Source of the DNA: a virus
Lineage: Duplodnaviria > Caudoviricetes
DNA: 33,291 bases
IMG/VR virus record: IMGVR_UViG_3300025120_009741
Span: 1 to 33,291 of that record
Direction: 5' to 3' (one strand)
The translations under genes and the position numbers were made by a program. The stretch's first letter is position 1. The number at the start of each line of letters is the position of its first letter. Positions 1 to 9,646 of the stretch are shown in pieces. The notes beneath the pieces were generated by a model. That model ran no database searches. It was given only the letters and a program-made list of their open reading frames with translations, and was not told the DNA's origin.

Positions 1-1335
1 TATGATCTTCAACCAGAAGATATGTTTAACTGGGAAGTTTGTGATGGTGGTGATACTAAAGCAGATCCTAAAATTAAAAACTGGGATGGGCGTTCAGTTA
101 AAAAAGTAAAATCACGATGGCTTAACAAGTATAGAATTATTGAATATATGGATCAACTATCTTTTTCTGATAGAGAGCTTATATTTGGTTATCATTTTCC
201 TAAAACATTTTTTGTGGATATTGAAGTTGAGGTAACTGATTCATTTCCTGAACCAAGCAAGGCACCTAATCCAGTAACGGCTATATGTATAGTAACACCA
301 GATAAGCAGTGTATAGTTTTAGCTACAAAGGATTTAGAAAGATCTGTACAATCTAAAATACAAAAACAAATTGATGAACATTTTAAAGGTATAGGCGAAG
401 AGTTTTCATTTATTTTTAAATGCTTTAAGAATGAATATGATATGTTATATACATTTATGGATTCCTTTGTTAAAAAGTTTTCTATGATGACAGGTTGGAA
501 TTATGTTCAATTTGACTGGCAATATATTGTAAATCGCTGTAAGAAGTTAGGAATAGATCCATCTATCGCATCTCCCATTGGAAGAACATTCGGTAAACAT
601 GAATTTCCATGCCACGTAGGTGTAATGGATTATTTAGATATTTATGCAAAGTGGGATAGGACTGTTGATATTAAAGAAGATTTTAAACTAGATACTGTAG
701 GTGAAGCTGTTGTAGGAATCCGAAAAATTAAATATGAAGGAACTATACAGGATATGTATGAAAAAGATTATCCTAAATATATTTTCTATAATGCGGTAGA
801 TACTGCATTAGTTTATTTAATTCATGAAAAAATTAAAACAATGGAAATTGCTTTAACTATTGCTCATATGACTCAGATTAGTATATTTAAAGCAGCATCA
901 CCCGTAGCAATTACTGAAGCGTTGTTAGCTCGAGAATTTTTAACTAGAGATTTAGTAATGGCAAAGGATCCTAAAGCACCACCAACAAAAAGACAACAAT
1001 TTGAAGGTGCATTCGTAAAAGAACCAAAAACTGGAATGCATAATGCTGTAGCTGCATTTGATTTTGCTTCACTATATCCTTCTATTATGAGACAATTAAA
1101 TGTTTCTCCGGAAAGTTTTATTAGAAAAGTAAAACCAGAAATTAGAGATAGAGAAGTAGGTGATGATAGGATTGTGTCAGTAACAGGTGCTGTTTATAGT
1201 ACTGAGAGATCAATCTTAAAAGATGTATTAACTAGACTTTATGATCAAAGAAGGGAATATAAGAAAGAATCATTTAGACTTCAACAAGAAGCTTATGATT
1301 TAGAGCAAGAGTTAAAAAAACAAGACAATGACTAA
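1..1335 (+). CDS. gp43: Family B DNA polymerase, N-terminal subunit (3'-5' exonuclease + palm motif A) of a split gp43-like polymerase; frame is open from base 1, so probably 5'-truncated
   Basis: ExoI FVDIEVE, ExoII GWNYVQFDWQYI, ExoIII YNAVD, FEGAFV, motif A FDFASLYPSI; ends in a helical fingers segment without motifs B/C. Confidence 0.92.
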   Translation, partial: YDLQPEDMFNWEVCDGGDTKADPKIKNWDGRSVKKVKSRWLNKYRIIEYMDQLSFSDRELIFGYHFPKTFFVDIEVEVTDSFPEPSKAPNPVTAICIVTPDKQCIVLATKDLERSVQSKIQKQIDEHFKGIGEEFSFIFKCFKNEYDMLYTFMDSFVKKFSMMTGWNYVQFDWQYIVNRCKKLGIDPSIASPIGRTFGKHEFPCHVGVMDYLDIYAKWDRTVDIKEDFKLDTVGEAVVGIRKIKYEGTIQDMYEKDYPKYIFYNAVDTALVYLIHEKIKTMEIALTIAHMTQISIFKAASPVAITEALLAREFLTRDLVMAKDPKAPPTKRQQFEGAFVKEPKTGMHNAVAAFDFASLYPSIMRQLNVSPESFIRKVKPEIRDREVGDDRIVSVTGAVYSTERSILKDVLTRLYDQRREYKKESFRLQQEAYDLEQELKKQDND

Positions 1336-1380
1336 AACTCATGTCTTAATTAGAATAAATAAAAAACAATACTAACTAAT

Positions 1381-1415
1381 GGCATGCAACTAAATATTCT
1401 GGGTTGCATGTTTTG
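1381..1415 (+). terminator. Hairpin with short T run between polymerase N-half and nrdB (terminator or 5' leader hairpin)
   Basis: GCATGCAAC...GTTGCATGT inverted repeat followed by TTT. Confidence 0.5.
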
Positions 1416-1434
1416 TCTAAAATAATAAAAAACT

Positions 1435-2433
1435 ATGAGCAAACTTTTCACTGAACGCGTCGAATATAAACCTTTTGAATATCCTGAATATTATACTGAA
1501 GGATGGTTATTACAAGCACAAGCATTTTGGTTACATACAGAAATTTCAATGCAAGGCGATGTAAAAGATTGGAATGAAAATCTTAAACCACATGAAAAAA
1601 ACTTAGTTGGAAATATACTTTTAGGGTTTGCTCAAACTGAATGTGCAGTATCTGATTATTGGACTGGGATGGTTACAAAATGGTTTCCTAAACATGAAAT
1701 AAGACAAATGGCTATGATGTTTGGATCTCAAGAAACTATTCACGCAGTAGCATATAGTTATTTAAATGAAACATTAGGCCTTGAAGATTTTGCTGCATTT
1801 TTACATGAACCTTCTATGGCAGATAAATTTGACTTTTTAATGTCTACAAATGCCGACTATACTGATAAAGATTTATTAGCTAATGTAAAAGGCTCTAGGA
1901 AAGAAGTTGCAAGAAGTCTTGCAATATTTTCTGCATTTGCAGAAGGTGTATCTCTTTACAGTTCTTTCGCAGTTTTATATAGTTTTCAAATGAGAAATCT
2001 TTTAAAAGGTATTGGGCAACAAATGAAATGGTCAGTAAGGGATGAATCATTACATTCAACAATGGGGTGCAGATTATTTAATCATATGTGTTCTGAAGAT
2101 GAAGGCTTGAGAGATGAAGTTAAAGAATCTATTTATGAAGCTGCAAAGTTAATTGTAGATATGGAACATAATTATATTGATAAGATTTTTGAAATGGGTG
2201 ATATTGAAAATTTAAAAGCAGTTGATTTAAAGAATTTTATTTGTAGAAGAACAAACGAAAAATTACAAGAATTAGGATTAGATCCAGTATTTGAATATGA
2301 TGAAAAATCAGCCGATGCTCTAGACTGGTTTTATCATTTGACAGGTGGTCATACTCATACTGACTTTTTTGCAATCAGACCTACTGATTATGCAAAAGCA
2401 GGTGAAGGTGATGATTGGGATGATATTTGGTAA
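1435..2433 (+). CDS. nrdB: Ribonucleotide reductase class I beta subunit
   Basis: KPFEYP, FWLHTE, metal ligands FAQTE, ETIH, EGVSLYSSF, DESLH; radical Tyr in HAVAY; C-terminal DFF..RPTDY. Confidence 0.96.
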   Translation: MSKLFTERVEYKPFEYPEYYTEGWLLQAQAFWLHTEISMQGDVKDWNENLKPHEKNLVGNILLGFAQTECAVSDYWTGMVTKWFPKHEIRQMAMMFGSQETIHAVAYSYLNETLGLEDFAAFLHEPSMADKFDFLMSTNADYTDKDLLANVKGSRKEVARSLAIFSAFAEGVSLYSSFAVLYSFQMRNLLKGIGQQMKWSVRDESLHSTMGCRLFNHMCSEDEGLRDEVKESIYEAAKLIVDMEHNYIDKIFEMGDIENLKAVDLKNFICRRTNEKLQELGLDPVFEYDEKSADALDWFYHLTGGHTHTDFFAIRPTDYAKAGEGDDWDDIW

Positions 2434-2451
2434 TAATTAAAAATAAAAAGA

Positions 2452-4227
2452 ATGACAGCAGATCAAATAGAAAATGAATTAGGTTGGGAAAGAGGCGTTG
2501 ATTATCCTGAATGGGGACATACCGATGTTTATCTAAATACAATATCAAGAGGGTATTGTTTACCAGGAGAAACTCCAAAGGATGCTTATTGGAGAGTAGC
2601 AACAACTGTAGCTAATAGGCTTAAGAAACCAGAAATGGCAGATAAGTTTATGAAATACATTTGGAAGGGCTGGCTGAATCTAGCCTCTCCTGTATTAAGT
2701 AATACTGGAAGTGAAAGAGGTTTACCTATTAGTTGTTTTGGTATTGATGTAGCGGATTCTATTAATGATATAGGACAAAAGAATCTAGAGTTAATGCTAT
2801 TAGCTAAGCACGGCGGCGGTGTTGGTGTTTGTCATAATCAAATTAGACCAGCAGGAGCAGAAATTACAGATAATGGAACAAGTGATGGTGTAGTACCTTT
2901 TATTAAAATTAATGATTCTACAATACTTGCAACTAATCAAGGAGCAGTAAGAAGAGGTGCTGCAAGTACTAACTTAAATATTGAACATGGTGATTTTTGG
3001 GAATGGTTAGAAATTAGAGAACCTAAAGGGGATATTAATAGACAATGTTTAAACACTAATCAATGTGTAGTTATTTCTGATAAGTTTATGAGAAATGTTT
3101 TAGAAGGAGATTCAGAATCTAGAAAAAGATATGCAGCTGTACAAAGAAAAAGAAGACAAACAGGCCAACCTTATATTATGTATAGAGGAAATGTTAATAA
3201 ACAAAATCCTGATGCATATAAGAAAAATGGTTTAAAAGTATTTATGACTAATATCTGTTCTGAAATAGTTTTGCATACTGATGAAAATCATTCTTTTGTT
3301 TGTTGTTTAAGTTCTCTTAATCTTTCTAAATATGATGAATGGAAAAACACTAATCTTATTTATGATGCAACCTGGTTTTTAGATGGTGTACTTGAAGAAT
3401 TTTTACAAAAGGCAAAATACAGGAAAGGGTTTGAAAATTCTGTAAGATCTGCTGAAAAAGGTAGAGCATTAGGTTTAGGAGTCTTAGGGTGGCATACTTA
3501 TTTACAACAGAGAGGTATCGCATTTGAAGGGTTAGAAGCTCAATATGAAACTCGTAATATATTTTCTCAAATTAAGATAGAAAGTGAAAAAGCAAGCCGG
3601 GATCTTGCTGAAGAATACGGAGAACCGTTATGGTGTAGAGATACAGGCTTTAGAAATACTCACTTAAGAGCAGTTGCACCAACAGTTTCTAATTCCAAAT
3701 TAGCAGGTGGTATATCTGCTGGTATTGAACCAGTACCTGCAAATATATGGACAGATCAATCGGCTAAAGGAACTTTCATTAGAAAGAATCAGCAGCTATT
3801 AGGTTACTTAGATAAAATGGGGCATGATAATAAAAGAGTATGGGATAAAATCATGGCAGATGGTGGGTCTGTACAAGGTCTTAAATTTTTAGATGATTGG
3901 TGTTTCTTAAAAGGAATGTTAATTAAATGTAAAGATGTACCAGAACATCAAGAAGGTGTACCTTTTAAAGAAGTGTTTAAAACATTTAAAGAAATAAATC
4001 AATTAGATCTTGTAAGACAAGGTGGAGTAAGACAACAATATGTTGATCAAGCAGTTTCTTTAAATTTAGCATTTCCTAAAGAAGCTACTCCTAAATGGAT
4101 TAATCAAGTTCATCTTGAAGCATGGAAGCAAGGAATAAAAACTTTATACTATATGAGAACAGAATCAGTATTAAGAGGTGATATTGCTGCTAGTGCAATG
4201 GAGGAGTGTATCAGCTGTGATGGCTAA
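2452..4227 (+). CDS. nrdA: Ribonucleotide reductase class I alpha subunit (short form, no ATP cone)
   Basis: ASPVLSN, ISCF, GGGVG, NQGAVRRGA, TNICSEI (NxCxE), APTVSNS, KTLYY, C-terminal CISC. Confidence 0.96.
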   Translation: MTADQIENELGWERGVDYPEWGHTDVYLNTISRGYCLPGETPKDAYWRVATTVANRLKKPEMADKFMKYIWKGWLNLASPVLSNTGSERGLPISCFGIDVADSINDIGQKNLELMLLAKHGGGVGVCHNQIRPAGAEITDNGTSDGVVPFIKINDSTILATNQGAVRRGAASTNLNIEHGDFWEWLEIREPKGDINRQCLNTNQCVVISDKFMRNVLEGDSESRKRYAAVQRKRRQTGQPYIMYRGNVNKQNPDAYKKNGLKVFMTNICSEIVLHTDENHSFVCCLSSLNLSKYDEWKNTNLIYDATWFLDGVLEEFLQKAKYRKGFENSVRSAEKGRALGLGVLGWHTYLQQRGIAFEGLEAQYETRNIFSQIKIESEKASRDLAEEYGEPLWCRDTGFRNTHLRAVAPTVSNSKLAGGISAGIEPVPANIWTDQSAKGTFIRKNQQLLGYLDKMGHDNKRVWDKIMADGGSVQGLKFLDDWCFLKGMLIKCKDVPEHQEGVPFKEVFKTFKEINQLDLVRQGGVRQQYVDQAVSLNLAFPKEATPKWINQVHLEAWKQGIKTLYYMRTESVLRGDIAASAMEECISCDG

Positions 4228-4237
4228 TAAATAATAT

Positions 4238-5299
4238 ATGAATCTAGATTATTCTAAGCTATTAAATCGTAAACCTATAGTAACTGATCTTGGTCTAATA
4301 GAAGGCTTTATTAAGGGTAAAAGAATCCTGGTTACTGGTGGTGCAGGTTCAATAGGTAGTGAAATAGTAAGACAACTTGTTTCATTCGGTGCTTCTACGG
4401 TAACAGTCTTTGATAATGCTGAAGCATCAATGTTTCATTTAGAACAAGAGATTAGTAGATCAAATCCAAATTCTCATATAAAGTATGTAATAGGTGATGT
4501 TAGGGATAAGTATAGATTAGAAGAAGTTTTTGATTCATTTAAACCTAATATTGTTTTTCATGCTGCTGCATATAAACATGTTCCTATGATGGAATCTAAT
4601 CCTGTAGAGGCAATCAAAACAAATGTATTAGGTACAATGAATGTATCAAACATTTCATATATGAATGAGGTAGATAAATTTATAATGGTCTCCACAGACA
4701 AAGCAGTCAATCCTACAAATATAATGGGTGCCACGAAAAGAATAGCTGAATTATATACTCAATTCTTAGAAACAAAATCATCTACTAAATTTATAGTTAC
4801 AAGATTTGGTAATGTGTTAGGTTCTGAAGGATCTGTTATTCCTACATTTATAAAGCAAATTGAAAGAGGAGGTCCTGTTAGTGTTACTCATAAAGAAGTC
4901 ATTAGATATTTTATGACTATTCCTGAGGCATGCCAATTGGTATTACAAGGTAGTGTATTAGGAAATGGTGGAGAAGTATTTTTATTTGATATGGGAGAAC
5001 CTGTAAGTATTACAGATTTGGCTAAAAGCTTAATAAAGTATTTTAAGAGTAAATCTAAAATTAAATATATAGGATTAAGACCAGGTGAAAAACTATACGA
5101 AGAGTTACTTTGTAATGGAGAAAATATGGTACCTACTAAAGATAAAAATATAATGAAGTTAAATCATGAAGAGTATGATTTTAAAACGTTAATACCTAAA
5201 ATAGAAAAATTATCTAAAATAAGGTCTAATGATTTTTATAAAATAATCCTATTAGTTAAGAGCATAGTTCCAGAATTTAAAAGAGAACATAATGAATAA
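4238..5299 (+). CDS. pglF: UDP-GlcNAc 4,6-dehydratase (PglF/CapD family), soluble catalytic domain only
   Basis: LVTGGAGSIGSE, FHAAAYKHVPMME, STDKAVNPTNIMGATK, RFGNVLGS, GLRPGEKLYEEL. Confidence 0.88.
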   Translation: MNLDYSKLLNRKPIVTDLGLIEGFIKGKRILVTGGAGSIGSEIVRQLVSFGASTVTVFDNAEASMFHLEQEISRSNPNSHIKYVIGDVRDKYRLEEVFDSFKPNIVFHAAAYKHVPMMESNPVEAIKTNVLGTMNVSNISYMNEVDKFIMVSTDKAVNPTNIMGATKRIAELYTQFLETKSSTKFIVTRFGNVLGSEGSVIPTFIKQIERGGPVSVTHKEVIRYFMTIPEACQLVLQGSVLGNGGEVFLFDMGEPVSITDLAKSLIKYFKSKSKIKYIGLRPGEKLYEELLCNGENMVPTKDKNIMKLNHEEYDFKTLIPKIEKLSKIRSNDFYKIILLVKSIVPEFKREHNE

Positions 5300-6158
5300 G
5301 AAAAATGTAAATTTATATTGGGATAAGTGGAATTTTGGACCAGAAGAAAGAGCAGGTATATCTCCATCAACACCTAGTCAGTATTTGAATTGGTTTAATG
5401 ATCCTTGTGATGTTGCTGTTTTTGTTGATTACGACGGTTCTTTAAATAATTTAGAAACTATTGTTAAAAATTCATCACAAAAATATAAAGTAATGGTTCA
5501 AATGGAACCTTGTAGTTTTAATAAAGCTTTACATCAATGGATTTTAGAAAATGAAAATTTATTTGATTTAATATTTGTTCATTATCCTTCATGGAAAGGT
5601 TCAGGTAAATATCCTGAAAAATATAGGTATTACATAGCTGGTTCCAGAACTTTTATTGATTCTAATGAAAGGAAGATTTATAATAAAAGTAAAAATGTTA
5701 CAGCTATATGGTCTAATAAAAACTTTGGATTAGAAGGTCATCAATTAAGGCATGCTGCTAGGAACTATATAAAAAATAAAATACCTAAGACAGTTGATTG
5801 GAATAATCCTGCAAAAAAGATTGATGTATTAAAAGATTATAGATATGAAATAGTTGTAGAAAATGAATTTCCTTATTTTTTAACAGAGAAACATTTAGAT
5901 TGTATGTTAACTGGTACTATTCCTATAGTATGGGGACATAAAGATACTAAACAATGGGAAGGTTTTAATACAAATGGCATGATATTTTTTAATACTGCCG
6001 AGGAATTGTACGATATCTTAACCAGTGATAAATTAACTTCTGAGTTTTACAACTCAAAAGAAAAAGAAATTAAACATAATTTTAAAGAATGCTTTAAACA
6101 TTTAAGTTTTGGAGATATTCTTTGGAGGAGTGGATTAAAAGAATTATATAATGATTAA
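5292..6158 (+). CDS. Glycosyltransferase, GT10 (alpha-1,3-fucosyltransferase)-like
   Basis: YRYEIVVENEFPYFLTEKHLDCMLTGTIPIVWG resembles the GT10 motif YKFxLxxEN...YxTEK...GxIP. Confidence 0.7.
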   Translation: MNKKNVNLYWDKWNFGPEERAGISPSTPSQYLNWFNDPCDVAVFVDYDGSLNNLETIVKNSSQKYKVMVQMEPCSFNKALHQWILENENLFDLIFVHYPSWKGSGKYPEKYRYYIAGSRTFIDSNERKIYNKSKNVTAIWSNKNFGLEGHQLRHAARNYIKNKIPKTVDWNNPAKKIDVLKDYRYEIVVENEFPYFLTEKHLDCMLTGTIPIVWGHKDTKQWEGFNTNGMIFFNTAEELYDILTSDKLTSEFYNSKEKEIKHNFKECFKHLSFGDILWRSGLKELYND

Positions 6159-6741
6159 TATTTATGGAAATGGCGGTCACGCAAAAGTGGTAAGTTCTCT
6201 TTTGTATCAAACTCATGATCTAGATCCAACACAACTAAAATTTTGGAATGATAGTAGCTATGAAAAAGAGGTTGGTGATTTTGATCCTTATAATAATAAC
6301 ATAGAAGGTAAATGGTTAATTGCTATTGGTAATAATAATTCAAGAAAAAGAATAGCAGAATTGTTAGGAAATGATTGTTATATTACGGTAATTGATAAAT
6401 CGGCTATTTTGGACAGGAATATTACACCCGGAACAGGTTCTCAAATATTACATAATTCTACAATACAAATTGGAACTAAAATAGGTAAACATTGTATAAT
6501 TAATACTGCTGCCTCTATAGACCATGATTGTATTTTAGGTGATTTTAGTTTTATAGGACCTAATGCAACATTATGCGGTGGTGTAGAAATTGGAGAAGGT
6601 ACATTTATTGGTGCAGGTGCAGTGATACTACCTTATATTAAAATTGGAAAAAATTGTATGATTGGTGCAGGCTCAGTTGTTACAAAAAATTTACCTGATG
6701 AAATAACTGCTTATGGTAATCCTGTTAAAATAAAATTATGA
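6151..6741 (+). CDS. pglD: Sugar N-acetyltransferase, PglD/NeuD hexapeptide-repeat family
   Basis: IYGNGGHAKVV, IAIGNN..R, DHDC, left-handed beta-helix repeats IGAGAV/IGAGSVV, GNP. Confidence 0.85.
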   Translation: MINIYGNGGHAKVVSSLLYQTHDLDPTQLKFWNDSSYEKEVGDFDPYNNNIEGKWLIAIGNNNSRKRIAELLGNDCYITVIDKSAILDRNITPGTGSQILHNSTIQIGTKIGKHCIINTAASIDHDCILGDFSFIGPNATLCGGVEIGEGTFIGAGAVILPYIKIGKNCMIGAGSVVTKNLPDEITAYGNPVKIKL

Positions 6742-7853
6742 AAAAGATTTACTTATCACCGCCTCATATGTCAGGTAATGAATTAAAATATATTAAAGAT
6801 GTATTTAAAGATAATTGGATTGCTCCAATTGGACCTCATCTTAATATGTTTGAAGATATAGTTAAGGAGTATACTAATTCAAAATATGCAGTTGCTGTCA
6901 CTTCTGCAACAGCAGGTATACACTTAGCATTAAAAGCACTTAATGTAAAAGAAGGAGATTTTGTTTTATGTTCTTCATTAACTTTTGTAGCAACTGTTAA
7001 TCCTATACTTTATTGTGGAGCAGAGCCTATTTTTATTGATTCTGATGAAGGGTCATGGAATATGGATCCTTTATTATTAGAAAAAGCAATCCTCAATTCC
7101 GCAGGTTTAGGTAAAAAACCAAAAGCAATAATTCCCGTTCATATATTTGGAATTCCTTGTAATATGAATGCAATAAAAAAATTATCAGATGAATATGACA
7201 TACCTATTATTGAAGATGCCGCAGAAAGCCTGGGATCTACTTTTAATGATAAGCATACAGGAACCTTTGGCCCTATTGGTGTTTATTCTTTTAATGGAAA
7301 TAAGTTATTATCTACCTCAGGTGGTGGGGTTATTGTAACTAATGATAAAAAGAAAGCTGATTATATGAGATATCTCTCTACACAAGCTAAAGACAAGAAA
7401 CCTTTTTACCATCATACTGAAATAGGTTTCAATTATAGAATGAGCAATGTTTTAGCTGCAATAGGCGTAGGCCAAATGGAAGTAATTGAAGATCGTATTA
7501 AAAGAACTCGAGAAATAAATCAAATCTACAAAAAAGAATTAAGTGAATATTTTTATTCATTTCAAGAAGAGAGGGAAACTGATAGGTCTAATATGTGGTT
7601 AACTTGTGCTCTTTTAAAAGGTGAGGATAAACCAGAAGATTTAATTTCTCATTTAGAAAAAGATAATATTGAAGCTAGGAGAATATGGAAGCCAATGCAT
7701 GAACAACCAGTTATGCAAGGTTATAGAAAATATATAAATGGAAACAGTTCTTTATTATTCTTACAAGGTATTTGTTTACCTTCAGGTTCAGATCTTACAA
7801 ATAAAGATATAAAAAGAATAATAAAGTCTATAAAAACATTTTTTAATAAATGA
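6738..7853 (+). CDS. pglE: PLP-dependent sugar aminotransferase (DegT/DnrJ, PglE/EpsN-like)
   Basis: IYLSPPHM, IIEDAAESLG, SFNGNK (PLP lysine), GFNYRMSN, RRIWKPMH, ICLPSG. Confidence 0.88.
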   Translation: MKKIYLSPPHMSGNELKYIKDVFKDNWIAPIGPHLNMFEDIVKEYTNSKYAVAVTSATAGIHLALKALNVKEGDFVLCSSLTFVATVNPILYCGAEPIFIDSDEGSWNMDPLLLEKAILNSAGLGKKPKAIIPVHIFGIPCNMNAIKKLSDEYDIPIIEDAAESLGSTFNDKHTGTFGPIGVYSFNGNKLLSTSGGGVIVTNDKKKADYMRYLSTQAKDKKPFYHHTEIGFNYRMSNVLAAIGVGQMEVIEDRIKRTREINQIYKKELSEYFYSFQEERETDRSNMWLTCALLKGEDKPEDLISHLEKDNIEARRIWKPMHEQPVMQGYRKYINGNSSLLFLQGICLPSGSDLTNKDIKRIIKSIKTFFNK

Positions 7854-8758
7854 TAACCTTTAAAGAATATAATTTATTAGAGTCTTATATAGGACAAGAA
7901 AATTTTCAGATTCTTTTAGAAAAGAATTTAAGTTCTAAAATAGATAATGATATTAAATTTGGTATAGTGATGGCTACCCATGATATGAGTGGTGGTAGGG
8001 CAAATAAATCTAGAGCTAAACATATGACTACTCCAGGTGTATTAAAAGAAGCTCTTAATTCTATTAAAGCTCAGAAATATAAAAATTGGAAAATTTATTT
8101 GACTGCTGATAAATATGAAGGTGATGAAAACGAGATTAAAGAAGTAATGAAAGAAATTATTCCTGATAATCAAATACAGTATAAGAATAGATCGACTCCC
8201 GGTGAAAGAAATAATAAAAAATGGTCTACTAAACAAATCCGCTTTACTGCAGGTTGTGGTGCACTTAATGACTCACTGAGCATGGCTAAGAAAGACGGTT
8301 GTGATTATATCGTTAGAATAGATCATGATGATAAATGGGCCCCTAATCACTTAGAGCTATTAGCTAAAGCTTATTCACAATATCCTGATTTAGGATTTGT
8401 ATTTACAAGAAGTAAAAAGAAAGTAACAGCTCATAATACTTCCAAGAAAGTATTTATGCAACCTCAAAAAGAATATGATATGGATTTAAATAATAAAGGT
8501 TATGGCGCTAATGATACATCTCATTCAGCAGTATCATGGAGACCAAGCATAACTGGAAATTTAACTTATAGAAATCCAGATCAACAGAAAAACACTGCTC
8601 CTAAATTAAAAGGTGCTCCAACTGGATCAGGTGGAGTTTTACCAGCTGATTGGGATATGTTTAAAAGAGTTATGCAAAACGTGCGTGACAAAAATAAGAA
8701 TTATATGTACATTCCTAAAGTAACAAGTTTTTACAGAAACCGTGAAGGCAAGTTCTAG
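7850..8758 (+). CDS. Glycosyltransferase family 2 (GT-A fold)
   Basis: FGIVMATH, ALNSIKAQKYKNWKI, RIDHDD (DxD), DWDMF. Confidence 0.8.
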   Translation: MITFKEYNLLESYIGQENFQILLEKNLSSKIDNDIKFGIVMATHDMSGGRANKSRAKHMTTPGVLKEALNSIKAQKYKNWKIYLTADKYEGDENEIKEVMKEIIPDNQIQYKNRSTPGERNNKKWSTKQIRFTAGCGALNDSLSMAKKDGCDYIVRIDHDDKWAPNHLELLAKAYSQYPDLGFVFTRSKKKVTAHNTSKKVFMQPQKEYDMDLNNKGYGANDTSHSAVSWRPSITGNLTYRNPDQQKNTAPKLKGAPTGSGGVLPADWDMFKRVMQNVRDKNKNYMYIPKVTSFYRNREGKF

Positions 8759-8796
8759 TGATGAATATATAGATTAAATAACTAAAAATAATTATT

Positions 8797-8973
8797 ATGG
8801 AAAAATTTGAAGAAATTAAAGCATTAATCGAAGCTTGTAATGAAGACGTAGATAAATTTTATGTAAAAGGAAATAAAGCTGCTGCTGTTAGAATTCGTAA
8901 AACTATGCAAGATATTAAAAATCTAGCACAAGAAGTAAGAATACACGTACAAGAAACTAAGAATAGTCTTTAA
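8797..8973 (+). CDS. Histone H1-like Hc1-family small DNA-binding protein (58 aa; absent from ORF track)
   Basis: Manual translation MEKFEEIKALIEACNEDVDKFYVKGNKAAAVRIRKTMQDIKNLAQEVRIHVQETKNSL; KF..KGNKAA..R.RK..Q..K..AQ..R pattern of Bacteroidota Hc1-like proteins; A-rich leader and downstream terminator. Confidence 0.82.
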   Translation: MEKFEEIKALIEACNEDVDKFYVKGNKAAAVRIRKTMQDIKNLAQEVRIHVQETKNSL

Positions 8974-8990
8974 TATAAATAAAGTTTAAT

Positions 8991-9024
8991 AAAAAAGAGG
9001 CTGCCATCTAGGCGGTCTTTTTTT
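8991..9024 (+). terminator. Rho-independent terminator (possibly bidirectional)
   Basis: AAAAAAGAGGCTGCC-ATCTA-GGCGGTCTTTTTTT, GC-rich stem with flanking A and T tracts. Confidence 0.8.
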
Positions 9025-9050
9025 GTCTTAAAATATCTCTAGCACTCTTA

Positions 9051-9076
9051 AAACATTTGTTTATTTTGCCATATAA
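9051..9076 (+). promoter_or_regulatory. Putative phage promoter AAAC-N16-ATATAA upstream of the modification operon
   Basis: Same bipartite motif with 16-17 nt spacer recurs in six intergenic regions. Confidence 0.6.
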
Positions 9077-9094
9077 TAATAAATTAGGAATTAT

Positions 9095-9646
9095 ATGGAA
9101 AAATGTTTAATGTTAGATTTTGATGATACTTTAGTTAAAACTATTGAGATTCATGCTGATTCTTGGAGAAAGGCATTAGAAAAGGTCTTAAATATAGAAA
9201 TACCATTAGATGCAATTCTTGCTGATATTAATTATGGTATGGATGTTTTATTAGAAAAGTATCAATTAACTGCAAAAGAAAGTAAGTTAGCTCAAAAATA
9301 TAAAAAGAAAATATTTTCAAAAAGTTTACATAAAACAAAAGTAAATGAACTACTTTTATACATGTGTAAGAGTAAAGTATTTAAAAATTTAGTAATAGCC
9401 TCTAATTCTTCTAGAGAAAATGTGGATAGAATTATGAGCTACCACCAAATAGATCCTTCATTATTTGATTACATTTATACAAGAGAGGATGTACCAAATA
9501 AAAAACCATCCCCAGATATGGGACATTTAATATTGGAAAAGTTTCCACAATATAATAAAGAAGACTTCTTAATGGTAGGAGACTCTGATGTTGATTCAAC
9601 TTTTGCACGTAAACTAGGAATAAAATGCATAATAGTAAAATTTTAA
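9095..9646 (+). CDS. HAD-superfamily phosphatase (beta-PGM/phosphoglycolate phosphatase-like)
   Basis: Motif I LDFDDTL, motif II ASNS, motif III KKPSPD, motif IV MVGDSDVD. Confidence 0.88.
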   Translation: MEKCLMLDFDDTLVKTIEIHADSWRKALEKVLNIEIPLDAILADINYGMDVLLEKYQLTAKESKLAQKYKKKIFSKSLHKTKVNELLLYMCKSKVFKNLVIASNSSRENVDRIMSYHQIDPSLFDYIYTREDVPNKKPSPDMGHLILEKFPQYNKEDFLMVGDSDVDSTFARKLGIKCIIVKF

